A stretch of 64,000 bases of DNA from Bacilli bacterium (GCA_050953065.1 JBMNLZ010000002.1:384001-448000), one strand, 5' to 3'; positions 30,007 to 40,650 are shown, numbered from the stretch's first letter. The notes: generated from the letters alone by a model not told the origin. A program made the numbers and translations.

Positions 30007-32280
30007 ATGAATAGTGAAAAAATCAAAAAAGAAACAGCTAAATTAGATAAAAAAGAAGTAGAATTAGAAAATCAGCTCCAAAAAGAATTAGCTGAAGCTT
30101 TGAAGTTAAAAGAAGAAATAGAAAAAGAAAGAGAAAAAGCTTTGAAGATGGCTGAACGTGAAAAACAACGTCAAGCTGAAAGAGAAAGAAAAGCTATAGA
30201 ACGTGAAAAAGAAAAAGAAAGATTAAGAAAAGAAAAAGAAAAAGAAAAAGAGCGTGAAAAGAAACGCCGTGAAAGAGAAAAAATCAAAGCTAAAGAAAAG
30301 GCTATAAGAGATAAAGAAAAAGCCAAAGAACAAGCTAAACTTCAAGCTCAAAAAGAAAAAGAACAAGCTAAACTTAAAGCTCAAAGAGAAAAAGAAAAAG
30401 AGAAAGAAAGATTAAGAAAAGAAAAAGAAAAAGCATCAGGCAAAGTTGCTGCAGTTAAACCAAAAGCTAAAAAAGCAACAGTAACTAAAACAACTGCTAA
30501 GAAGAAAGTTCCAACAGCAGTTTCGAGAGCAAAGAGTGCTAAAGCTCGTGAGGAACTAATTAAGAAAGTAGTTGAAGAAGTTGCATCTGAAGAGGTAGTA
30601 GCAACTACTCCAGTTGTAGAAGAAGTTGTAGCTCCTAAAGTTAAAGCAAAAGAACCAATTGTAGCTGAAGCATCTGACTTTACTTTCATTTCTAAAGAAG
30701 AAGCTGAAAAACCTGCAGCTAATCCTTTCCCAACTTCAACTAATAGAGAATTTAAACCAATTGAAGTTAAACAAGAAGCTTCATTTAAAGATGCTTCTGA
30801 AGATGATGAAGAATCTATTTTAGAAGAAGCAAGAAAGAAAGCAGGAGATGGAGATTTAGAAGATCTAAGAAGACGTCGCCTAGCTGCTCAAGAATTCTTA
30901 CGTGCTAAACAAAGTGAAGCTATTAAAACGCCTAAGATTGAGCCTGTTAAAATTGCTGGTATTGATTTAGATTTAGCACTTGAAGCAGATGATTCATGTG
31001 GTGAGGTTACTGCAGTTGATAATTCTGAATTTGTTGAAAAGATCGAAGAATTAGAAACAGTTAATAAAGAATTATCTGATAAATTAGAATTACTAGAATT
31101 AGGTAGTCAAGATTTAGAAGTTAAGATTAAAGAACTTGATACAATCAATAAAGATTTTGAAGCTAAAGTAGTGCAATTAGAAACTGCTAATAAAGAAGTT
31201 TTAGAAAAGAATATTTCTCTTGAAACTAAATATGCTAAACTTGAAGCTAAATATGAAGCTTTAGAAAAACTATCTTTAGGTGTTCAAAGTCAAATTGATG
31301 CTTTAGTTAAGCAATTAGAATTATTAAAAAATCCAAGTGCAATTGAACCACTTGAGAGAAAGACTTCTCAAAAAGATTTAATTGAAGCAGAACTTTCAAA
31401 GAAAGCTAAAATTATAACTGAATATTTAGAAGCAGAAGCTGAATATAAAGAAAAGTTAACTAATATTGGCTCTCGTAAGGAACAAAAATTAATTTCTAAT
31501 TCTGAATATGAAATTATGAGGGATGAAATTTTATATGAAATTAAAATTCTACAAAAAGAACGAGTTGAATTTGAAGTAAAATATGAAGCCCTACTAGCTG
31601 AGTTAAAATTTACTGATAGGGAAGCTCATGCCAAATGGGAAGCAAAGGGGATTGTTAAAAAGGCAACTCCTATAGAAACAGTAAAAGAAACTTCAAAACC
31701 AAAAGAAGAAAGTAAACAAATGTTTACTGATAAAACAATAGTTGTAAAAGATGATATCTTAAAGTTAGAAAATGATATTAAAATTTTAAGTACTGAATTT
31801 ACTTTAACTAATGAAAAGATTACAGAAATTGAAGAAGAGTTAAAGAAACAAAAAAGTTTTGAAAACGAATTAAAGAATTCAAGTGAAGCAATGAAGGAAT
31901 TCCAAAGTTATTTATTTAATTTAAATAAATTAATTCTTTTATTAGAAAATCAAAAAGTAAAAACTTTAAAATACAAGAAAGATTTAGAAAATGTTTCAGA
32001 ACCTCTTGGCATGAAAGCTTTAAAATTAAGAGCTAATATTGAAGATTCTTTGAAAGAAGAAAAATCTTTAAAAGATAGAAAAGAATATATTGAAAATATT
32101 ATTAAAGATTTTGATCGATTTGAGGATGTTAGAATCTATAAGAGAAGTCTTCAAGATAGAGCTAAGATGAATGAGTTATTAAAAGAAAACAAAGAAAAAA
32201 TTAGAACTATTGTTGAACAAAGAAAGAGTAAAGAAAAATACTTAAGCTGGTATAAGGATGAAAATAAAAAGTACTTATGA
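30007..32280 (+). CDS. Charged coiled-coil protein (E/K/R single-alpha-helix-like N-terminus, K/A/T-rich linker, heptad coils)
   Basis: AGGAGG RBS; composition and heptad pattern seen directly. Confidence 0.8.
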   Translation: MNSEKIKKETAKLDKKEVELENQLQKELAEALKLKEEIEKEREKALKMAEREKQRQAERERKAIEREKEKERLRKEKEKEKEREKKRREREKIKAKEKAIRDKEKAKEQAKLQAQKEKEQAKLKAQREKEKEKERLRKEKEKASGKVAAVKPKAKKATVTKTTAKKKVPTAVSRAKSAKAREELIKKVVEEVASEEVVATTPVVEEVVAPKVKAKEPIVAEASDFTFISKEEAEKPAANPFPTSTNREFKPIEVKQEASFKDASEDDEESILEEARKKAGDGDLEDLRRRRLAAQEFLRAKQSEAIKTPKIEPVKIAGIDLDLALEADDSCGEVTAVDNSEFVEKIEELETVNKELSDKLELLELGSQDLEVKIKELDTINKDFEAKVVQLETANKEVLEKNISLETKYAKLEAKYEALEKLSLGVQSQIDALVKQLELLKNPSAIEPLERKTSQKDLIEAELSKKAKIITEYLEAEAEYKEKLTNIGSRKEQKLISNSEYEIMRDEILYEIKILQKERVEFEVKYEALLAELKFTDREAHAKWEAKGIVKKATPIETVKETSKPKEESKQMFTDKTIVVKDDILKLENDIKILSTEFTLTNEKITEIEEELKKQKSFENELKNSSEAMKEFQSYLFNLNKLILLLENQKVKTLKYKKDLENVSEPLGMKALKLRANIEDSLKEEKSLKDRKEYIENIIKDFDRFEDVRIYKRSLQDRAKMNELLKENKEKIRTIVEQRKSKEKYLSWYKDENKKYL

Positions 32281-32942
32281 TAATTAGAATTACTAAAAGC
32301 ATAAGTAGTATTCTTCCTGATTTTGATGTTATCGCCTTTAAGATGGCTATTAAGGTTAATGATAGTAGCCATCTTGAGGCTTTAATTACTTATTATGAAG
32401 ATTTAATTAAAAATTCTTATAATCTAGAAGAAGTCCTACAAATTAAAGAAATTAAAGCAGCAAGAGATTCTTATAAAGCTTTAGGAAAAGATCCAAGTAG
32501 ATATCGTCTTGCTTGTGAGTCTTTACTTAGAAGGCTTGTTAAAAATAATAAATTATATAGAATTTCAGATGTTGTTGATTTGGGAAATCTTTTGTCGATT
32601 GAATTAAAAAGATCAACAGCTTTACTCGACTTTGATAAAATTAAAGGAGATGTTTATATTAGAAAAGGCCTTGAAGAAGATATTTATGAAGGAATAGGAA
32701 GAGGTATTATAAATGTAAGTAATATTCCTTTATACTGTGATGATGTTGGCCCTTTTGGTTCTCCTACTAGTGATACGCTAAGGACGGCGATTACTAGTAA
32801 AACAAATAAGTTATTATTAATGATAATTTGTTTTGATAAATGCGATAAAGAAAGTATTGCATTAAAAACAATAGAAATGTTTAAAAAAAATATAGAAGTT
32901 TCAGATATAGAAACAGTAAAGGTAATTAAGGAAGACATATGA
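32277..32942 (+). CDS. Stand-alone B3/B4 domain protein (PheRS-beta editing-domain homolog)
   Basis: YKALGKDPSRYRLACESLLRR and DDVGPFGSPTSD motifs. Confidence 0.88.
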   Translation: MIIRITKSISSILPDFDVIAFKMAIKVNDSSHLEALITYYEDLIKNSYNLEEVLQIKEIKAARDSYKALGKDPSRYRLACESLLRRLVKNNKLYRISDVVDLGNLLSIELKRSTALLDFDKIKGDVYIRKGLEEDIYEGIGRGIINVSNIPLYCDDVGPFGSPTSDTLRTAITSKTNKLLLMIICFDKCDKESIALKTIEMFKKNIEVSDIETVKVIKEDI

Positions 32943-34579
32943 AAATAGAAATGAACAACTTTATAAAGACAATTATGGAAAATGACTTAAAAGAAGGAAG
33001 GGTTAAAGAAATCATTACGCGTTTTCCACCTGAACCAAATGCATATTTGCATATTGGTCATGCTAGAGCAATGGTAACAAACTTTGTTTTAGCAGATTAT
33101 TTTAATGGGAAAACTAATTTAAGATTTGATGATACTAATCCTGCTAAAGAAGATGCTACTTTTGTAGAGGCAATTATTAAAGACCTTGAATGGTTAGGTT
33201 TTAAACCTGACAATATTTTTTATGGGTCTGATTATTTTGAAAAAACTTTTGAAATGGCAATTCGCTTAATCAAAAAATCTTTAGCATATGTTTGTGATTT
33301 AAGTGCTGAAGAGATTTCAAAATATAGAGGTACTTTAAGTACGCCTGGGGTTAATTCACCTTATAGAGATAGAAGCGTTGAAGAAAATTTAGAGTTGTTT
33401 ATGAATATGCGAAAAGGACTATATAAACCAGGTGAAAGAGTCTTAAGAGCAAAAATTGATATGGCAAGTTCTAACATTAATATGAGAGATCCAGTTTTTT
33501 ATAGAATTTTAGATATTCCACATCATAGAACTGGAGATGAATGGGTAATTTATCCAATGTATGATTTTGCACATCCATTACAAGATGCTTTTGAAGGAAT
33601 TACACATTCCTTATGTAGTTTAGAATATGATAATCACCGCCCGCTTTATGATTGGGTAATTGAACACTGTGAACCAGAGCATACTCCAAAACAAATTGAA
33701 TTTGGAAGATTAAGTATTACAAATACGATTATGAGTAAAAGATACTTAAAGCAATTGGTTGAAAGTAATTTAGTAACTGGATATGATGATCCTAGAATGC
33801 CAACTTTAGTAGGCTTAAGAAGAAGAGGTTATACAAAAGATGCGATTATTAATTTCATCGTTGAAACTGGACTTTCAAGAACAAACGCTGTAGTTGAGCG
33901 TGATATGTTAGATCATTTTTTAAGAGAAGACTTAAAATTAAAAACAAATCGTTTAATGGGAATAAAAGAACCATTAAAAGTTACTATTACTAATTATGAA
34001 GAAGGTAGAGTAGAATATTTAGAAATTGCTAATAATGCTGAAGCACCAGACTTAGGAAATAGAAAAATAGCTTTTTCTAAACATTTGTATATTGAAAAAG
34101 AAGATTTTCAAATTAATAAACCTAATAAACATTTTAAACGTCTTGCTTTAAACTTAGAGGTTAGATTATATGGTGCTTATTTCATTAAATGTAATGATGT
34201 TGTTTATAATGATAAAGGTGAAATAATAGAACTTCTTTGTACATATGATCCTCTAACAAAATCAGGTAGTGGATTTGATGCAAGAAAACCAAATGGAACA
34301 ATTCATTTTTGTGAGGCTACAACTGCCAAGAAAGCAACATTTAATGAATTTACTTGTTTGTTAAATGAAGTTTCAGAAGATGAAGAAGCTTTAGATATTA
34401 TTGCAAGATTTAAAAAAGATTCTTGGAAAGTTTATCATGGTTTTATTGAAAATAAAAATTATGAAATTGAAGAAAAATTTCAACTTATAAGAGATGGTTA
34501 TTATGCAGTTGATAAAACAACAACAACAGATAATTTAGTTATAAACAATATAGTATCATTAAAATCATCTTTTAAATAA
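32939..34579 (+). CDS. glnS: Glutamine--tRNA ligase
   Basis: TRFPPEPNAYLHIGH, RFDDTNP, YPMYDF, THSLCSLE, MSKR and DDPRMPT motifs. Confidence 0.94.
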   Translation: MKIEMNNFIKTIMENDLKEGRVKEIITRFPPEPNAYLHIGHARAMVTNFVLADYFNGKTNLRFDDTNPAKEDATFVEAIIKDLEWLGFKPDNIFYGSDYFEKTFEMAIRLIKKSLAYVCDLSAEEISKYRGTLSTPGVNSPYRDRSVEENLELFMNMRKGLYKPGERVLRAKIDMASSNINMRDPVFYRILDIPHHRTGDEWVIYPMYDFAHPLQDAFEGITHSLCSLEYDNHRPLYDWVIEHCEPEHTPKQIEFGRLSITNTIMSKRYLKQLVESNLVTGYDDPRMPTLVGLRRRGYTKDAIINFIVETGLSRTNAVVERDMLDHFLREDLKLKTNRLMGIKEPLKVTITNYEEGRVEYLEIANNAEAPDLGNRKIAFSKHLYIEKEDFQINKPNKHFKRLALNLEVRLYGAYFIKCNDVVYNDKGEIIELLCTYDPLTKSGSGFDARKPNGTIHFCEATTAKKATFNEFTCLLNEVSEDEEALDIIARFKKDSWKVYHGFIENKNYEIEEKFQLIRDGYYAVDKTTTTDNLVINNIVSLKSSFK

Positions 34580-34602
34580 AATGTAAGGGAAGTAGAAAAT
34601 AC

Positions 34603-36702
34603 GTGTTAGATATATTAAACGAAGAACAAAAAAAAGCAACACTTGAAACAGAAGGAGCCGTAATTGTTTTTGCTGGAGCTGGAAGTGGTAAAACTAGAAC
34701 ACTAACTAATAGAATAGCCTATATGTTAGTTGAGAAGAAAATTGCTCCAGAAAACATTTTAGCGATTACTTTCACTAATAAAGCAACAAAAGAAATGTTA
34801 GAACGCTTAAATGATTTAGCACCAAATGAAGCATTTCGTTTGACTATCTCAACAATTCATTCTTTGTGTGCTAGAATCTTAAGACGAGAAATTCATCATT
34901 TAGGTTACCAAAAAAATTTTCAAATTATAGATGAAGATGAACAACAAAAAATTATTAAAGATATTTTAGATAATGCTAATTTAGATAAAAAACAAAATAA
35001 TCCAAGAGCTTTTCAAAAACGTCTTAATTTTGCAAAATGTACATTATCTAAAATGGTTAATCCAAAAGAAGAAAGTCTAAGATTGGATTATGAAGAAGAA
35101 TTAAAGTTAAATAATTTACTTGATTTTGAAGATTTACTTTTAAAGGTAAAAGAATTATTTGAAACAAAAAAGGAAGTATTAGAGAAATATCAAGATATAT
35201 ATCACTATATCTTAGTTGATGAGTTTCAAGATACTTCAATTGTTCAATACCAAATTATAAAACTACTTGCATCTAAAAGAGGCAATCTGTTTGTAGTAGG
35301 AGATGATGACCAAAGCATTTATAGTTTTAGAGGAGCTCATTATACTAATGTGAAGCTATTAAAAAAAGATTTTAAAGATGTTAAAACTTTTAAATTAGAA
35401 GAAAATTATCGCTCTACTCAAACTATATTAGATGGCTGTAATAGATTAATTTCTCATAATCTTGATAGAGAAAGGAAAGAATTGTTTTCTAAAATAAAAG
35501 GTTCTGACCAAGATGTTGTAGTTTATCAAGCAAATGATGAAAAAGATGAAGCAACATATATTGCTAATGAAATTAGTAGTTTACTTAAAAAAGATGTTAA
35601 TGCTAAAGAAATAGCAATACTTTATAGAAATAGTGTTTTATTAAGAAATATAGAAATAGCATTAACTGCTGAGAATATTTCTTATAAAGTATATGGTGGT
35701 TTTTCTTATTTAAGAAGAAAAGAAATTAAAGATGTAATGGCATTTTTTAGATTGATTGTTAATCATGAAGACTTATATAGTTTTAAAAGAGTGATTAATG
35801 AACCTTCAAGAAAAATAGGCAAAGCAACTCTTCATCATATTGATGTCTTTTTTGAGAAATCTGGGAAGTGTTTATTTGATACAATTAGAGATTTAAAAGA
35901 TGTTATTACTGGGAAAAAGTATGATGATATTATTAGTTTCATTGAAATGATTGAAGATTTTTCTAATAGATTAGAAGAAACACCATTAGTTGATTTATAT
36001 GATGAAATTTTATTTAAAACTGGCTATTTAGAAATGATTCAAAATGAAGAAGATAGTCAAGACAAAGAAGAAAATATTATGGAGTTTAAGAGCCTTTTAG
36101 TTGCAATTGATGATAATGGAGAAATAGATACTAAAGCTAATAAACTTCAAGAGGCTTTTGATGAGGCAATTTTAGCTGATGATAAATTAAGAAGTCAAAA
36201 TGAAACCTATGATGGAGTGACTTGTTCTACAATTCATTCTATTAAAGGATTAGAATTTGAATATGTCTTTTTAATTGGTTTAGAGGAAGGAATTTTCCCT
36301 AATACTTATAGAATGGAAGATTCTAATGAACTTGAAGAAGAAAGACGTATTGCATACGTTGCTTGTACAAGAGCTAAGAAAAAGTTATATTTAATGACTG
36401 CAAGAAGAAGAATGATTTACGGATCATATGTTAATAGTAAGCAGTCTCGGTTCTTACTTGAGTTTGCTCAAGGAAGAATAACAGAATCTCAAAAGAAAAA
36501 AGAAGTTGTTAAAAAAGAAAAATCTGATAATTCAAGTTATGAGGTAGGAGAAAAAATAGTTCATAAATTTTTTGGAGAAGGGATTATTGTTTCTAAAAAA
36601 GATAATATTGGAACTATTTGTTTTACAAAAAGAAAAGAAATTAAGCAATTTGATTTAACACATCCAACAATCTCTAGACCAGAAGATGTAGAAAAAGAAT
36701 AA
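34603..36702 (+). CDS. pcrA: ATP-dependent DNA helicase PcrA/UvrD
   Basis: AGAGSGKT, DEFQD, GDDDQSIY, NYRS, KGLEF and EERRIAYVACTRA motifs; C-terminal Tudor-like HKFFGEG. Confidence 0.94.
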   Translation: MLDILNEEQKKATLETEGAVIVFAGAGSGKTRTLTNRIAYMLVEKKIAPENILAITFTNKATKEMLERLNDLAPNEAFRLTISTIHSLCARILRREIHHLGYQKNFQIIDEDEQQKIIKDILDNANLDKKQNNPRAFQKRLNFAKCTLSKMVNPKEESLRLDYEEELKLNNLLDFEDLLLKVKELFETKKEVLEKYQDIYHYILVDEFQDTSIVQYQIIKLLASKRGNLFVVGDDDQSIYSFRGAHYTNVKLLKKDFKDVKTFKLEENYRSTQTILDGCNRLISHNLDRERKELFSKIKGSDQDVVVYQANDEKDEATYIANEISSLLKKDVNAKEIAILYRNSVLLRNIEIALTAENISYKVYGGFSYLRRKEIKDVMAFFRLIVNHEDLYSFKRVINEPSRKIGKATLHHIDVFFEKSGKCLFDTIRDLKDVITGKKYDDIISFIEMIEDFSNRLEETPLVDLYDEILFKTGYLEMIQNEEDSQDKEENIMEFKSLLVAIDDNGEIDTKANKLQEAFDEAILADDKLRSQNETYDGVTCSTIHSIKGLEFEYVFLIGLEEGIFPNTYRMEDSNELEEERRIAYVACTRAKKKLYLMTARRRMIYGSYVNSKQSRFLLEFAQGRITESQKKKEVVKKEKSDNSSYEVGEKIVHKFFGEGIIVSKKDNIGTICFTKRKEIKQFDLTHPTISRPEDVEKE

Positions 36703-36790
36703 ATTATATCTTAAAAATTAAGAGGTATTTTTTTAAAAAAACATAGGATATGGTATAATATAGTTAAGAAATTAAATAAGAGGTATGGAT

Positions 36791-39700
36791 ATGAAAAAAA
36801 TATTTTTAGTCATAACTTTATTTATATTGATGTTATTAGTAGGCTGTAGTGAGTTATTTAAAGATGTAGAAATTACAATTACAGTAGATAGCTATTCTAT
36901 TGAAGTAGATGAAGGTGATTTTGTTTTTATTACTCCTACGGTTACGGGGTCTAATAATGGTCTTTATTATGATTCTTCTAATACAAACATCTTCACAGTT
37001 TCAAATGGAGTTATTAGTGGAGTTAGTGAAGGAGTTGCAGAACTAACAATTGGAGTTATAAATACTGAGGTTGCTATAAAGGTAATTGTTAAAGTAAATA
37101 AAGTTGTAGTTGCAGATACTCCTGGTGATGAAACAGAAGAAAAACCTCCAATCATTATTGATGATAAACCAGAAAATCCAAGCAATAAAGTTTTTTTAAT
37201 TTCAAATGGTAATCAAAATTTAGTTGTAGGAGAAGAAGTTAACTTACTAGCATTGCTAGGTGGAGTTATTATTAACGAAAATATTTCTTGGATGTCTAGT
37301 AATGAAGGTGTTGTAACAGTTTCATCAGCTGGACTGTTGACTACTAAAGCTGCTGGTAATGCGATGATACTAGCTTTATACGGAAATCTTTCAGCAACAA
37401 TTAATGTTACAGTTAGAGTTCCTGATGTAGTAGTAGTTAAACCAACCTCAATCATAATTAATGGAAGTAGTTTTGTTAATGTTGACAATCAAGTCTTATT
37501 AACTGTAACTCCAAATCAAGGAGCAGTATCAAGTCTTATTTGGACAAGTAGTGATGATTCAAAAGCAACAGTTAATAATTTTGGAATTGTAACGGGAATT
37601 TCAACTGGTGTTGTAGTAATTACTGCAACTCTAGCAGATAATCTTTCCGTTTCAAATACATTTACATTATTTGTAAAAGAAGCTGAAACTTCAGCCAGTC
37701 CAATTACATCAATTACACTTACTGGGACTAGTGAAGTGTTAGCTGGTAATAAAATTAAATTAAATTTAAGTTATACTCCTGCTAATGAACCAGCAACATT
37801 TACTTTCTCTTCAAGCAATACTAGTGTTGCAACGGTGGATGTTAATGGTTGGGTAACGGGTGTTAGTGGAGGAAAAGTTCAAATTACAGCATCACTTGTT
37901 GGAGATTCTGAAAAGAAGGCAAGTTTTTCTGTGACTGTAATTCCACTTCCAGAAGGAATTACTGTTAATGGAGCATCAACAGTTAGTTATGGACAAAATA
38001 TAATTTTAACTGCAACAGCTTATCCAGTTGGTTCAAGTAGTATAGTAACTTGGACATCTAGTGATGCAAGTATTGCCTCAATTGATAGTAATGGTAGAGT
38101 GACTGGAATGAAAGTAGGTACTACGACAATTACAGCAACTTCAATTGTAAGTGCAAGCATTAAAGCAACTCATCAGGTGACAGTAACTGATCAAATGAGT
38201 ATTACACTTAATCCAACAACTATAAATTTAACAACAGGTGGTTCTGCAACAATTGCAGCAACAGTAGTTGCAGCATCTTTAACTGATAAGTCAGTAGCAT
38301 GGACATCTAGTAATGCAAGTGTTGCAACAGTAGATAGTAATGGAAAAGTAACAGCAGTAGCTCAAGGTAGTGCAAACATTATTGCAAAGCTTAATGCAAA
38401 TAATAGTATTCAAGCTCAAGCAAGTGTGATAGTTACTGCTCCTAGTTTACCAACTATTACTCTATCTGATACAACTGCATCTTTACTAGTTGGCGCAACA
38501 AAGACTTTAACTGCAACAGTTGGAAATGCAAGTGATACTAGTGTTACTTGGACAACAAGTAATGCAACAGTTGCAACAGTTTCTGGTGGCGTTGTAACCG
38601 CAAAAGTAGCAGGAAGCGTAACTATTACAGCAACTTCAGTTGCTAATACATCAGTAAAAGCAACATGTACTATAACAGTAACTGCACCTCCAGCAACTGG
38701 TGGTACTCTTACAATTACACAAACACCAGCAGGAACAATTGAAGTTGGTGCAACAGGTTATGAATTATTTATTAAAGATGAAGAAGGAGCTGCGGTTTCT
38801 CGTCTTGAATGTACATTTACATCAAGTAATAGTGGAGTTGCAACAGTTTCTACTTGGGGAACAATTTCAGCTTTAGCAGCTGGGTCTGCTAAAATTACTG
38901 TGACTCATCAAACAAAGGGTACTGGAACTATTACTTTAACAATCGGTAGTGGTTCAACTCCACCAACTGGAACTCTTACAATCACACAAAGCCCAGCTGG
39001 AACAATTTCAGTTGGAGCAACAGGATATGAATTATTTATTAAAGATTCAAGTGGTGCAAGTATTTCTCGTCTTGAATGTACATTTACACCAAGTGATTCT
39101 ACAATTGCAACAGTTTCTTCATATGGAACAATTTCGGCACTAAAGGCTGGAACAACAACAATTACAGTAACTCACCCAACAAAGGGAACTGGCACAATTA
39201 CAGTAACGATTGGTTCAGGTGGAAATCCTGTTAATACAGCAACTGATGATACAGGTAAAGCAACGTATACAAGAGATACATCTATATCTTCAACATCAAC
39301 AGTTCCAGGATCAACTGCAACAACCTATATTAAAGAATATGGAACAGTTGGAACTAAAACAATTAGAGTTTCTTTATTAGAACAAAAATGTAATAGTAAT
39401 GCTAAGATAGTTTCTTGGGTAATGCAAAATTCTAATGGCTATCGATTTACTAATGGTTCAGTTAGTTCTATAGCAGCTAATTATGAATCAACACATCCAG
39501 GTTGGAGAGTGTTAGGTGGAATCAATGCTGACCAATATACTTTAGGATTTGGAACAGGACTAGGAGTTGATGGGAAACATCCATATCATGTTCAACCATA
39601 TTATCCATTAATTGCTGATGGACAAAAATGGTTTAGTAGGACATGGATGGCATCAGGAAGTGGTTCAGCAGGTAATTTTGTTGGTTATACTAATGATGGT

Positions 39701-40525
39701 AGTGTTGACCAATTAGTAAGTGTTAATGCTGCAAATGCAGGAACAACTTTAAAATTATCTATCCTAAATTCAAATGGTACTGTTGCTAATAAGTATACTG
39801 TTAATAAATTCAATAGCTCTCCTGCAAGTGGAGAAGTAGCACTTTATACAGGATATTATAGTGATACATCTTTAGGAACATTCCTATCAAAATCAGTTTC
39901 AGGAACTAATGTTTTTGTTGTAGGTTCAGCTGATTTAGCATATTGTAATAATACAAGTGCTTATACTAAAGTTGCTGCTACTCAAAATGCTTTTTATGGA
40001 AAAGGAAACATTACCTCTAAAACAACTAGTGCAACACTAGCAAGTAGACAATTTGCAATTGTTTCTAACAACTCAACTGTAACAAGTGCCTTAGCTGTTG
40101 GAAAGAAGATTTTAGTTCAATATGAATATAATGATGCTACATATAATGCTTTTGAATCTGGAATGGGATATCATACAGTCCAACGAAATGGTGGGGCAGA
40201 TCAAGCAGTCTCTGGAACATATAATACTAATAATAGACCAAGAAGCGTTGTTGGAAGAAAGGCTGATGGAACTATTGTTTTAATGATTATAGATGATTAT
40301 AATGATAGTTATGGAACAACAGGTTATGGAATCAATGCTATTTGTAAGCTTCACGGAATAGTAGAAGCTTATCAAATGGATGGTGGAGGTTCAGCTCAAA
40401 TGGCTGTTAGACAATCTAATGGAACATTTGCTGGTGTCACTCGTTCGGCAGATGAAGCAACTGGAGCTAATACTGGTTCTCAAAGAGCAATTATGAGTGC
40501 ACTATTATTTGTTGTAAAAGTGTAA
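36791..40525 (+). CDS. Surface lipoprotein with multiple Big_2 Ig-like repeats and a C-terminal phosphodiester glycosidase (NAGPA/DUF2233) domain
   Basis: Lipobox LVGC; repeated WxSSxxSVATVDxNGxVT; GINAD, PRSVVG and AYQMDGGGS motifs. Confidence 0.85.
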   Translation: MKKIFLVITLFILMLLVGCSELFKDVEITITVDSYSIEVDEGDFVFITPTVTGSNNGLYYDSSNTNIFTVSNGVISGVSEGVAELTIGVINTEVAIKVIVKVNKVVVADTPGDETEEKPPIIIDDKPENPSNKVFLISNGNQNLVVGEEVNLLALLGGVIINENISWMSSNEGVVTVSSAGLLTTKAAGNAMILALYGNLSATINVTVRVPDVVVVKPTSIIINGSSFVNVDNQVLLTVTPNQGAVSSLIWTSSDDSKATVNNFGIVTGISTGVVVITATLADNLSVSNTFTLFVKEAETSASPITSITLTGTSEVLAGNKIKLNLSYTPANEPATFTFSSSNTSVATVDVNGWVTGVSGGKVQITASLVGDSEKKASFSVTVIPLPEGITVNGASTVSYGQNIILTATAYPVGSSSIVTWTSSDASIASIDSNGRVTGMKVGTTTITATSIVSASIKATHQVTVTDQMSITLNPTTINLTTGGSATIAATVVAASLTDKSVAWTSSNASVATVDSNGKVTAVAQGSANIIAKLNANNSIQAQASVIVTAPSLPTITLSDTTASLLVGATKTLTATVGNASDTSVTWTTSNATVATVSGGVVTAKVAGSVTITATSVANTSVKATCTITVTAPPATGGTLTITQTPAGTIEVGATGYELFIKDEEGAAVSRLECTFTSSNSGVATVSTWGTISALAAGSAKITVTHQTKGTGTITLTIGSGSTPPTGTLTITQSPAGTISVGATGYELFIKDSSGASISRLECTFTPSDSTIATVSSYGTISALKAGTTTITVTHPTKGTGTITVTIGSGGNPVNTATDDTGKATYTRDTSISSTSTVPGSTATTYIKEYGTVGTKTIRVSLLEQKCNSNAKIVSWVMQNSNGYRFTNGSVSSIAANYESTHPGWRVLGGINADQYTLGFGTGLGVDGKHPYHVQPYYPLIADGQKWFSRTWMASGSGSAGNFVGYTNDGSVDQLVSVNAANAGTTLKLSILNSNGTVANKYTVNKFNSSPASGEVALYTGYYSDTSLGTFLSKSVSGTNVFVVGSADLAYCNNTSAYTKVAATQNAFYGKGNITSKTTSATLASRQFAIVSNNSTVTSALAVGKKILVQYEYNDATYNAFESGMGYHTVQRNGGADQAVSGTYNTNNRPRSVVGRKADGTIVLMIIDDYNDSYGTTGYGINAICKLHGIVEAYQMDGGGSAQMAVRQSNGTFAGVTRSADEATGANTGSQRAIMSALLFVVKV
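38696..39220 (+). repeat. Tandem duplication of one Ig-like domain (about 265-nt unit)
   Basis: Both copies share gaattatttattaaagat and tttctcgtcttgaatgtacatttac; the protein segment GTLTITQ.PAGTI.VGATGYELFIKD...SRLECTFT occurs twice. Confidence 0.85.
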
Positions 40526-40544
40526 AAGATTAAAGAAAAATATT

Positions 40545-40569
40545 AAAGGCGCTTTACAGTGCCTTTTTT
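40545..40569 (+). terminator. Intrinsic terminator
   Basis: aaaggcgct-ttac-agtgcctttttt. Confidence 0.7.
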
Positions 40570-40650
40570 ATTTTCTTTTAAGTAAATCTCTTTATAAGAT
40601 TTATAATTTATGTTATAATAATTAATAGTTAAAAATAAAAGGGGTAAAAT

